Shown piece by piece: positions 42,598-51,989 of a stretch of DNA of 64,000 nt; the stretch's first letter is position 1; each line of letters begins with the position of its first letter. A model generated the notes under the pieces. That model searched no databases and was not told the DNA's origin. It saw only the letters and a program-made list of their open reading frames with translations. Both the position numbers and the translations under genes were made by a program. The stretch is from an uncultured Nitrospinota bacterium (GTDB lineage Bacteria > Nitrospinota > Nitrospinia > CAJXCL01), in assembly GCA_964394335.1 (NCBI GenBank), contig CAYMVZ010000001.1, positions 7,360 through 71,359 on the forward strand. The letters are read 5' to 3'.

Positions 42598-45500
42598 ATG
42601 TACTTAAAAAGTTTAGAAATGACCGGTTTTAAGTCGTTTGTTGATTCCACCAAGTTGGAATTTCCCGGTGGTTTATCTGCTGTAGTCGGCCCTAATGGTT
42701 GTGGGAAGAGTAATGTTATAGATGCTATACGCTGGGTCATTGGGGAATATAGCACAAAAACATTGCGCGGCAGCAGGATGGAAGACCTGATTTTTAGTGG
42801 CAGCGATTCCAGAAACCCTATCGGAATGGCTGAGGTAGCACTGACCGTGGGAAATCTCCCGGCCAAAGTCTCTTTTACCGGTCTTGACGGGCTGGATGAA
42901 GTGACAGTAACACGCCGTTATTTCCGATCCGGTGAAAGCGAATATTTTATTAACAAAACTCCATGCCGGATGAAAGATATTATTGATTTATTTTTAGATA
43001 CAGGCATTAGTTCCAAATCATTTTCAATCATAGAGCAGGATCATGTAGCTCAAATTATTAATTCTAAGCCTATTGAACGCAGAGCCTTGATAGAAGAAGC
43101 GGCCGGAATTATGAAATATAAGCACAGAAGAAATGAGGCCCTCAGAAAACTGGAACATACCAATCAGAACCTGCTTAGAATTAACGACATTGTCAGTGAA
43201 CTGGATAAACAAAAACGCTCCTTGAAACGACAGGCCAAAAAGGCTGAGGTTTATAAAAAATTTAGAAAAGAAGCCAGGGAATTGGGTCTTGCCATTTCTT
43301 CTATTGAATACAAAAACCAGAAAGAAAAATTTGACGCTCTGGAAGAAAAATTAACCGGACAAAAAGACCGGCAGGAAGAGCTCATTGCCAAAAACGCATC
43401 TTTGCAAAATAAAATCGAAATACATAAAGCTGAAACTGACGAAACGGAAAGACAATTGAACCTTTTTAACCAACAAAATTATGAAATCAAAGGAAAAATA
43501 GAAAACTTTGAAACCCGTATCGACATGATGAAAAAACAGATCGTAGACCACGAAACTAACGGGAAAAAAGCGGAAGAATATATTAAAAAATGTCAGGAAG
43601 ATATTGAAAATATTAATCAGGAAATCGAAAATCAAAGAAAAAATCTGGAAGTACTCGATAATGAACTTTCTTTAAAAGAAAAAGTGTTCAGTGAAAAAAA
43701 TGATGTCTTGAAAAAACTCAAAAACTCTCTTCAGGATAAAACAGACCATCTCGAAGACCTGGAAACAGACTTGGTGGATATTCTCAATGTTCACTCAAAT
43801 ATATTAAACAATGAAGCATCCCTTACTACTCACCGTGACATCTTAGAGCAAAACAAAGAGAAGTTATTTAATGAACTGACAGAATCAGAAAAAGCATTTA
43901 CCGGGCTTAATGATGCCGTTGAAAAAAACAGGGAATCATTATCTAAAGCTAAAGAAAACCTTCTGAAAGCAAAAGAAGAAAAAGAAGTTCTTGTTTTACA
44001 ATTGGAAAACGAAAAAAACCAGTTAAAAGAAGTGGAAACCAATTTGAATAAGACAAGAAGTGTTTTCACTGAAAATACAGCATTGCTGAATTCATTGAAT
44101 GAACTTTATAAAAATTTTGAGGGTTTTCACGAAGGAGTAAAATCTTTAATGAAATCTAAGGGCGCCGATGAAAGGGTTCAGGGAATTCATGACATTTTGA
44201 TCAATACTGTTGAAGTCCCTTCAGATTACGAAGTTGCCTTTGAAGCCGTACTGGGTGAAAAAATCCAGGGAGTTATTATGGATTCCCAAAATGAATCTCT
44301 AAAGGCTGTTCAATATTTAAGGGAAACTGATTCAGGTCGTTCCACTCTTTTTCTGTTAAAACCTAAACTTCAGTCAAAGCCTGCACTGTCGCTTAACGGC
44401 AGCAGAGGTATTGTTGGAAAGCTATCGGATCTAATTAATTATGAAGATAAATACAAAGAAGTTATGGAATACTTACTGGGAAATGTTGTCGTCGCGCAAA
44501 ATATCGAGTCCGCGCTTTCTCTATGGGAAGAAATGGGAGATAACTGCACAATAGTAACTTTAGGAGGTGATGTTATCGATTCTCACGGGACAATTACAGG
44601 CGGTGTGCCGGTTAATAATGGAGCAAGCCTTCTTACAAAAAAGCGAAAAATTGCTGAATTGATAGAAGAAACGCAAAAATTAGAAAAACAGGTTAATTTG
44701 TTGGAAGAAAAGCAAAACTCCATAAAAGAAACGATTGCAAGCATAGAGAACGAGCGGGAGAGATTAGAACAAAAGAACAATCAGGCAGAACTGGATTTCC
44801 GTGTTGAAGAAAAAAAGAATCAACAGCTTAATGAAAACGCTGCGCGAGCTCGTGATAAAGTGGAAACATGTAAATTTGAAAAGGAACAGTGCGAGCGAGA
44901 GGAAAAAGAGTTAGGTGAGCGCCTGGAACAACTGAAAATTGAATTAAGGGAACTCAATGACAATAAATCAAAAAAAGAAGAGGGAATAAAAATTTTAAGA
45001 GAAAGTATTACATCCATCCGATCAGAATTGGAATCCTTAACCCAGCAAGTAAATAGTATTGACGTAGAAAGGACTTCTCTTAAAGGGAAGAAAGAAAATG
45101 TTCTGCTTGATGTTCAAAGGCTTGAGTCCAATATGAAATTAACGCAAAACCGCGTTGAACAAAAAGAAAACGAGAAAAAAGAATATGAACATAAAAAATC
45201 GGAACTGATGTTGGAAATACAAAAAAGTGAAAAAAAAGTTGACCAATTAATAATAGAAAAAAATGGCCTTGAAAAAAAAGTTGTCGAAATAGGAGAAACA
45301 CTGGAAGAAAAATTGCTGGAACTGAAGGAACTGCAGATCCGGTCTAAATCATCTCAGGCTGAGCAGGAAGAAGTGAGTGAAGAGGTCAGCCGCCTTGAAG
45401 TCAACCGGGCTGAAATCGTAAAAGACTTGCAATACCTTGTGGAAAAGGTAAAGGATGAATTCTTCGTGACAAAAGAACAAATGCTTCAAATAGATACCGG

Positions 45501-46152
45501 TGAATTCGATCTGGAAACGGGGAAAGCTAAATTGGAAGAGATGAAAATAAGATTAAATAAAATAGGCGAAGTCAACCTTGCCGCCCTGGAAGAGTACGAA
45601 AGAGTGAATGAACGTCATACATTTTTATCAAACCAGCAGGTAGATCTCCAGCAATCTATCGCAGATCTGCAGAAAACAATAGACAAAATTAACACCACCA
45701 CAAAAAAGAAGTTTTCAGAGACTTTTGCACTAATCAACGAAAATTTCAAAAAAATATTCAGCCGTTTTTTCAAGGGAGGTCAGGCAGAGCTGATTCTTTC
45801 TGATAGTGATCTAATAGAAACAGGAGTTGATATCTATGTTAAACCACCCGGGAAAAAACTTCAGAATCTCGACTTATTGTCAGGTGGTGAAAAAGCTATG
45901 GTGGCAATTTCCCTGTTGTTTGCTATTTTTGTTGTTAGGCCAAATCCTTTCTGTCTGCTGGATGAAGTTGACGCAGCCCTTGACCAGGCAAATATAGTAC
46001 GATTTAAAGAAATGCTTATGGAAATGAAAAATAATACTCAATTTATCCTTATAACACACAGCCAGCAAACCATGTCTTTTGCGGAAAGATTGTACGGTAT
46101 TACAATGGAAGAAAAAGGCGTGTCCAAAATTGTTTCGGTGAACATGAACTAA
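42598..46152 (+). CDS. smc: Chromosome partition protein SMC.
   Basis: Walker A GPNGCGKSN. Long coiled coils. Signature LSGGEKA. Walker B LLDEVDAALD. Confidence 0.9.
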   Translation: MYLKSLEMTGFKSFVDSTKLEFPGGLSAVVGPNGCGKSNVIDAIRWVIGEYSTKTLRGSRMEDLIFSGSDSRNPIGMAEVALTVGNLPAKVSFTGLDGLDEVTVTRRYFRSGESEYFINKTPCRMKDIIDLFLDTGISSKSFSIIEQDHVAQIINSKPIERRALIEEAAGIMKYKHRRNEALRKLEHTNQNLLRINDIVSELDKQKRSLKRQAKKAEVYKKFRKEARELGLAISSIEYKNQKEKFDALEEKLTGQKDRQEELIAKNASLQNKIEIHKAETDETERQLNLFNQQNYEIKGKIENFETRIDMMKKQIVDHETNGKKAEEYIKKCQEDIENINQEIENQRKNLEVLDNELSLKEKVFSEKNDVLKKLKNSLQDKTDHLEDLETDLVDILNVHSNILNNEASLTTHRDILEQNKEKLFNELTESEKAFTGLNDAVEKNRESLSKAKENLLKAKEEKEVLVLQLENEKNQLKEVETNLNKTRSVFTENTALLNSLNELYKNFEGFHEGVKSLMKSKGADERVQGIHDILINTVEVPSDYEVAFEAVLGEKIQGVIMDSQNESLKAVQYLRETDSGRSTLFLLKPKLQSKPALSLNGSRGIVGKLSDLINYEDKYKEVMEYLLGNVVVAQNIESALSLWEEMGDNCTIVTLGGDVIDSHGTITGGVPVNNGASLLTKKRKIAELIEETQKLEKQVNLLEEKQNSIKETIASIENERERLEQKNNQAELDFRVEEKKNQQLNENAARARDKVETCKFEKEQCEREEKELGERLEQLKIELRELNDNKSKKEEGIKILRESITSIRSELESLTQQVNSIDVERTSLKGKKENVLLDVQRLESNMKLTQNRVEQKENEKKEYEHKKSELMLEIQKSEKKVDQLIIEKNGLEKKVVEIGETLEEKLLELKELQIRSKSSQAEQEEVSEEVSRLEVNRAEIVKDLQYLVEKVKDEFFVTKEQMLQIDTGEFDLETGKAKLEEMKIRLNKIGEVNLAALEEYERVNERHTFLSNQQVDLQQSIADLQKTIDKINTTTKKKFSETFALINENFKKIFSRFFKGGQAELILSDSDLIETGVDIYVKPPGKKLQNLDLLSGGEKAMVAISLLFAIFVVRPNPFCLLDEVDAALDQANIVRFKEMLMEMKNNTQFILITHSQQTMSFAERLYGITMEEKGVSKIVSVNMN

Positions 46153-46154
46153 TA

Positions 46155-46688
46155 ATGAAACGTTATGCCCGTGATAAAAAAAATACACGCCTGATTTTAT
46201 ACCTTTTGATCATGCTTTCTGTAGGTTGTGGTGGTTATCGTTTAGTGGGAACAGGTTCCGGGGTTGCAGGAAGCGCAAATAAGATTGCTATCCCTGTCTT
46301 TAAAAATAACACGTCCGAACCAGGTATTGAAAGAAATGTAACTGCCAAAGTTAGAGAAGAATTTATTCAGAATGGCAAGCTTCGGGTAGTGCGTAAAAAA
46401 AATGCAGACTTAATATTTACAGGTAATATTAACCACTATGAGTTAAGACCCGTCTCTTTTGATACAAATGATAATGTTACGGAATACTGGGTAATCATGA
46501 ATATCGATGTGAAGGTAAAAGACACGTCTGAAAATAAATTTTTAATAGACCAGACATTCAAAAGCAAATGGACTTATGAAGTTTCATCCGCGTTGCTATC
46601 CTCTGAAAGGGCCCGGATTGAGGCAATTGATGAAGCCTCCAGCGACTTTGCAGAAAAAATGATCGGCATTGTTGTCGAAGGTTTCTGA
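46155..46688 (+). CDS. lptE: LPS-assembly lipoprotein LptE-like.
   Basis: Lipobox LSVGC followed by GGYRLVG (compare the GFHLRG motif). Position immediately upstream of holA, as in the leuS-lptE-holA arrangement. Confidence 0.55.
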   Translation: MKRYARDKKNTRLILYLLIMLSVGCGGYRLVGTGSGVAGSANKIAIPVFKNNTSEPGIERNVTAKVREEFIQNGKLRVVRKKNADLIFTGNINHYELRPVSFDTNDNVTEYWVIMNIDVKVKDTSENKFLIDQTFKSKWTYEVSSALLSSERARIEAIDEASSDFAEKMIGIVVEGF

Positions 46689-46737
46689 TAAATTAAAATC
46701 TCTGCGTGTTTTGCGTGCCCTGCGGTAAAATAAAAGA

Positions 46738-47736
46738 ATGACTGAACATGCCATACTGAAAGAGATTCAATCAGGTAAAATCTCGCCTTTATATCTTTTT
46801 TTCGGTTCTGAAGAGTATCTTATTGAAGACACATTAAAACAAGCCATCAAAATCCTGGTTGATCCATCCTCAAAAGATTTTAACTTCAATATTTATCATG
46901 CCGAAGGGAGTGCGCCATCAGAAATTCTCGACACAGCGCGTACACTTCCATTTATGACAAAGCACCGTGTAATAATAGTAAAAAGAGTTGACGCAGCCAA
47001 GAAGACCTTTATGGAAAACCAGCAGTTCCTCAATTATTTAGAATCCCCCTATAAGGAAACGTGCATAATATTTACAGCCAGTGAGATAGACCAGCGTAAA
47101 AAATTCTTTAAAAACATTTCCAAAACAGGAAAAGCCGTTCACTTTAAAAAATTAAAAACATACCAGACTGCAAAATGGATAACGGAAAGAACCAAAACAA
47201 ACGGCTATCAGATTGATTCCTCGGCATCAGAATACCTGGCAGATGCTTTTAATAATAATTTAAAACGAATAAATACGGAATTGGAAAAAGTATTTCTTTA
47301 TGCCGGGAAAAAAAAATCAATTGATTCGGATACAGTTCAGCTGGTTGCAGGAAATCCTAAAGTCGATTCTATTTTTGATCTCACCGAATCAATTGGGGAA
47401 AAGAGTATTGACAATTCTCTAAGTAAAATGGAAAACCTGTTGTCCCATGGCGCTCTACCTCTCCAGACCCTCGGGATGATTACGAGACAATTCCGGTTAA
47501 TCTGGCAAGCCAAGGCGCTAACCAAAAAAAAGGTCTCCCCTACTGAAATATCGAACAAAATTGGAGTTCACACTTATTTTGTGGGCAAGATCATTTTGCA
47601 GGCAGGAAAATTTACCCGGGAAAACCTTATCTACGCGTTCGAGAGGCTATTGCAGGCAGATGTAGAACTAAAATCCACAGCCCGATCTCCCGTCCTTATT
47701 ATGGAATCGCTGGTCATAGACCTTTGCTTATCCTGA
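46738..47736 (+). CDS. holA: DNA polymerase III delta subunit.
   Basis: LYLFFGSEEYL N-terminal motif; size 332 aa; synteny with lptE. Confidence 0.75.
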   Translation: MTEHAILKEIQSGKISPLYLFFGSEEYLIEDTLKQAIKILVDPSSKDFNFNIYHAEGSAPSEILDTARTLPFMTKHRVIIVKRVDAAKKTFMENQQFLNYLESPYKETCIIFTASEIDQRKKFFKNISKTGKAVHFKKLKTYQTAKWITERTKTNGYQIDSSASEYLADAFNNNLKRINTELEKVFLYAGKKKSIDSDTVQLVAGNPKVDSIFDLTESIGEKSIDNSLSKMENLLSHGALPLQTLGMITRQFRLIWQAKALTKKKVSPTEISNKIGVHTYFVGKIILQAGKFTRENLIYAFERLLQADVELKSTARSPVLIMESLVIDLCLS

Positions 47737-47832
47737 GGACTAAAACGACGAAGGATCTCTTGAAGAAGACACTTCGCTCTGCTCAGGGCAAATACGAGCA
47801 ATATATTAAAATCCAATAGCGGTCGTATTTAA

Positions 47833-48099
47833 CTATGAAGCTAACGCGTTGACTTTTTTGGAAAGGCGGGAAATTTTTCTTGAAGCGGTTCTTTTACGCA
47901 AAACGCCTTTTGATGCTCCTTTAGAAATCAGAGAAGATGCCTTCTTCAGTGTCTCTTCTGCCGCAGCTTTATTATTGCCTTTTAGAGCATCATCCAGCTT
48001 TTTCAGGGTGGACTTAATCCTTGTTTTCTTGCTTGCGTTCCTGATGCTTCTTACCTTGTTTTGCCGTGCCCGTTTTTCTGCTGATTTATGAGTTGCCAA
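47833..48099 (-). CDS. rpsT: 30S ribosomal protein S20.
   Basis: MATHKSAEKRARQNKVRS... basic 88 aa. Confidence 0.9.
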   Translation of the reverse strand: MATHKSAEKRARQNKVRSIRNASKKTRIKSTLKKLDDALKGNNKAAAEETLKKASSLISKGASKGVLRKRTASRKISRLSKKVNALAS

Positions 48100-48513
48100 A
48101 CTAAAAGTCTCCTTTGGTTAAAATTATATAATAAAGAAATCAGATAATAACATAAATTAAAAAAAAATCAAAGAGGGTTTCTACAGTAGGATCGATTGTG
48201 AGGTTAGTCAAGTAAAAGGTATTACACATAATCTGTTAGGGCGACCCTTGTGAGGTGGAAGCATAGATAGAAACCTTTCGATATGCTTAGGATGACAAAT
48301 TGGGAAGAGAAACTAAATTTTATGGGGCACCCTCTTTAGAGGTTATACACCCCGTCTCCTTCGGAGCCACCCCTCTCTATAGTGGATTTAATTGGAACAT
48401 TAGTTAAATTTTCATGGAAGCTCACCACAAAGCCGTAAAGTTCATAAAAGATAATATAAAAATCACTATTTGCCGGATAAATAAGGTATATGATATGATG
48501 TTTTTTCGATAAA

Positions 48514-48548
48514 TTGAAGCTCCCCGCAGCAAAAGGCTACTGGGAATC
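48514..48548 (-). repeat. Mini-copy (reverse orientation) of the repeat-family hairpin + GGGGAGCTTCAATT module.
   Basis: Reverse complement ttcccagtagccttttgctgcggggagcttcaatt. Confidence 0.4.
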
Positions 48549-48577
48549 AAATGTGGAATATTTACACTTTCACTTGA

Positions 48578-49435
<858 letters not shown>

Positions 49436-49446
49436 AATCAATTTGT

Positions 49447-50103
49447 TTATTCATTCCATTTGGTTCCGTCCCATGTCCACATTCTAATAATACCGGTTGA
49501 AGCCACTATAACAGCACAGCTTCTGCCGATAGAATCATTAATATTGTAGACATAAACACTTCCTCCAAAACCGGATGGTATGCCTTTTGGCAAAAATTTA
49601 ATTCTTTTTGATCCGCCAGCAAAACCAACTCCATCAGCTAAAACCCCGGATGAAAATGAGCCATTCGTTGGGGTTGAAGACGGAGGATTTGTGGCGGGAA
49701 GTCCAAATGCAACCCCAAAAGGAAGAGCAACTGCAGTAAATGATTCACCGCCTGAATTTAGCCAGCTATCCTGCATTGTAAAATGAGATGCGGTAAATTC
49801 GTTTTCACCATTGGCATTGTTTTTTTCTCCAAAATCCTTATCGTCATCCGTATCCAAATAAACAGTATAATGCTTATCGGAAACATCTCCACCATCCATA
49901 TCAAAATCAATATAAGCGCTTTTTCCAGTGCTAATAGCTCTCATTTTTGCCAATTGCATGGCGGAGAAAATATTCTTGCAGGCAATTTTTTCTTTTGGAG
50001 TTCTTAATATTGAATAACTCAATATTAATAAAATCATCATAATTCCTAAAACAGCAAAAAGTTCGATCAGGCTAAAGCCTTTATTGTTTTTATATCGACC
50101 CAT
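49447..50103 (-). CDS. Solitary prepilin-type pseudopilin / minor pilin (GspH/FimT-like).
   Basis: KGFSLIELFAVLGIMMILLIL N-terminal methylation motif. Confidence 0.65.
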   Translation of the reverse strand: MGRYKNNKGFSLIELFAVLGIMMILLILSYSILRTPKEKIACKNIFSAMQLAKMRAISTGKSAYIDFDMDGGDVSDKHYTVYLDTDDDKDFGEKNNANGENEFTASHFTMQDSWLNSGGESFTAVALPFGVAFGLPATNPPSSTPTNGSFSSGVLADGVGFAGGSKRIKFLPKGIPSGFGGSVYVYNINDSIGRSCAVIVASTGIIRMWTWDGTKWNE

Positions 50104-50311
50104 AAACCCACTTTCACTAAGAACTGTATCAATGCATTAATATTCATTTTATATTTTTTTTGTTTTATTTAACAATATAATAAATATATAACATAATCAA
50201 TGCTATCTTGGTAAAAAATGCTCTTTTTATGAACTTGTTTTATGACTTAATTGATAATTACTGAGCAAAAATTAGTTGTAAATTGCTCAAAAGTTTAGTA
50301 TCTTCAATGGC

Positions 50312-51196
50312 ATGTCGACTTTTTTTGGAATAATCAGCGGTGCAGCGCTATTATTTTATGCAATAATCCAACAGGGTGGCTTCGCAGTTTTTATAAACCC
50401 TGCGGCTTTGATGATTGTTATGGGAGGAACCCTGGCGGCTCTTTTTATAAGCTTTCCTTTGCCGAGAGTATTGAAAGTGGTGTCGGCATCGTTGCAAGTT
50501 TTCAGGAAGGATATTGAAAAGCCGCTCTGGGCTATTGCTGTGATTGTCCGGTTGGCTGTCAAGGCGAGACAAAAATCTTTGATGAGCCTGGAAAAAGATA
50601 TGAAAACACTTAAAAACCGTTTTTTAAGGATGGGGTTGGAAATGATTATTGACGGTCATCCAGGGGAAGTCATCAGAGATGTTCTTGAAACAGAATCGGA
50701 CTTTATCCAGATAAGGCACAGGAGCGGGGCTCATATTTTCCACACGTCAGGGAAATTTTCTCCGGCGTTTGGGCTTATAGGCACCCTGATAGGGCTTGTC
50801 GCTATGATGCGAGGTTTGGGAGGAGGGGGTGAGGATGCCACGAAACAACTGGGATCTGGCATGGCAGTGGCCTTGTTGACTACTTTTTATGGTGCGATGA
50901 TGGCTAACCTGTTTTTTTTTCCGGTTGCGGAAAAGCTTCGATCCCGATCTGAGGACGAGTCGTTAACCACCAGGATTATTATAGAAGGGATTCTTATGAT
51001 ACAGGCTGGGATAAATCCCAGGATGATAGAAAGAAAATTAAATTCGTTTCTGCCGCCCCATCTCAGAGCAAAGCATTTTGATCGCGCAGTCAAACAGAGT
51101 AAAACAAGGGGAAAAACAAGACCGTCAAGTGAAGATGCATTTGGCTCCGCGGCAGGGGGAGGCGGAGCTACTGCCGCTACGGAGGATGATTTCTAA
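50312..51196 (+). CDS. motA: MotA/PomA-family proton-channel stator protein (4 TM).
   Basis: TM1-2, long cytoplasmic loop, TM3-4 (SPAFGLIGTLIGLVAMM / AVALLTTFYGAMMANL). Confidence 0.7.
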   Translation: MSTFFGIISGAALLFYAIIQQGGFAVFINPAALMIVMGGTLAALFISFPLPRVLKVVSASLQVFRKDIEKPLWAIAVIVRLAVKARQKSLMSLEKDMKTLKNRFLRMGLEMIIDGHPGEVIRDVLETESDFIQIRHRSGAHIFHTSGKFSPAFGLIGTLIGLVAMMRGLGGGGEDATKQLGSGMAVALLTTFYGAMMANLFFFPVAEKLRSRSEDESLTTRIIIEGILMIQAGINPRMIERKLNSFLPPHLRAKHFDRAVKQSKTRGKTRPSSEDAFGSAAGGGGATAATEDDF

Positions 51197-51212
51197 AACA
51201 TTGAGATAACTT

Positions 51213-51914
51213 ATGCCAGATGAAAAACCCGGACAGATAGCAAAAAGACAAAAGAAGAACTATGGCTTTTTCAGTTCATCGGGCGGAGATGACGACCCCG
51301 GATGGATACTTACTTATGCCGATATGACTACTCTGCTGATGACTTTTTTTATTTTTTTATTATCTATCTCAAGTCCGGATCCAAAAAAATACGAGGAAAT
51401 GATGCGGCGTGTCGGAGATGCCCTTGGGGGTGGGGAAGGGGCATTTGAAGCAGTAGAAGAAGAAACTCTCGAAAGCATCATGAAAAAAATAGAAGGTTAT
51501 ATTGAAAATGAGAACCTGACAGACGATATTGTCATCACTAAAGACCCTCGAGGAATTGTGATTTATGCCGGCAGCTTTATTGCTTTTGAATCAGGAGAGA
51601 CCGAACTCTTAGAAGCAACTGAAATATTTCTCAAAAATTTTTCGAAGATCCTTAAAAAATCATCCTATAAGATAATTATAGAAGGTCATACCGATGATGT
51701 GCCGTTTCAATCAGAAAAATTTCCTTCCAATTGGGAACTTTCCGCAAACAGGGCAGGCGCTGTGGTCAGGTTCCTTATCAACACAGGGAACATTTCTCCC
51801 TCACGTCTTATTCCTTCCGGATATGCAGGATTTAAACCCCGTTTCCCGTCTACACCGGAAAATCGAGTAAAAAATCAAAGGATCGAAATTGTTGTTTTGA
51901 GAGAAAAATTTTAA
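51213..51914 (+). CDS. motB: MotB-family stator protein with a C-terminal OmpA-like peptidoglycan-binding domain.
   Basis: WILTYADMTTLLMTFF with the conserved TM Asp. IEGHTDDVP...NWELSANRA. Confidence 0.7.
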   Translation: MPDEKPGQIAKRQKKNYGFFSSSGGDDDPGWILTYADMTTLLMTFFIFLLSISSPDPKKYEEMMRRVGDALGGGEGAFEAVEEETLESIMKKIEGYIENENLTDDIVITKDPRGIVIYAGSFIAFESGETELLEATEIFLKNFSKILKKSSYKIIIEGHTDDVPFQSEKFPSNWELSANRAGAVVRFLINTGNISPSRLIPSGYAGFKPRFPSTPENRVKNQRIEIVVLREKF

Positions 51915-51989
51915 AAGTACGCGTTCAGCAGCGAGGGTACAAGCAATATACGATTCTTAAACTGAAAAGAGACAGCCGAAGTCTTATCA

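Noticed and set aside
50312-51914. MotA/MotB as a Zorya (ZorAB) anti-phage system.
   Set aside because: MotA is of normal stator size (294 aa) without the long ZorA C-terminal tail, and no ZorC/ZorD-like partners are adjacent.
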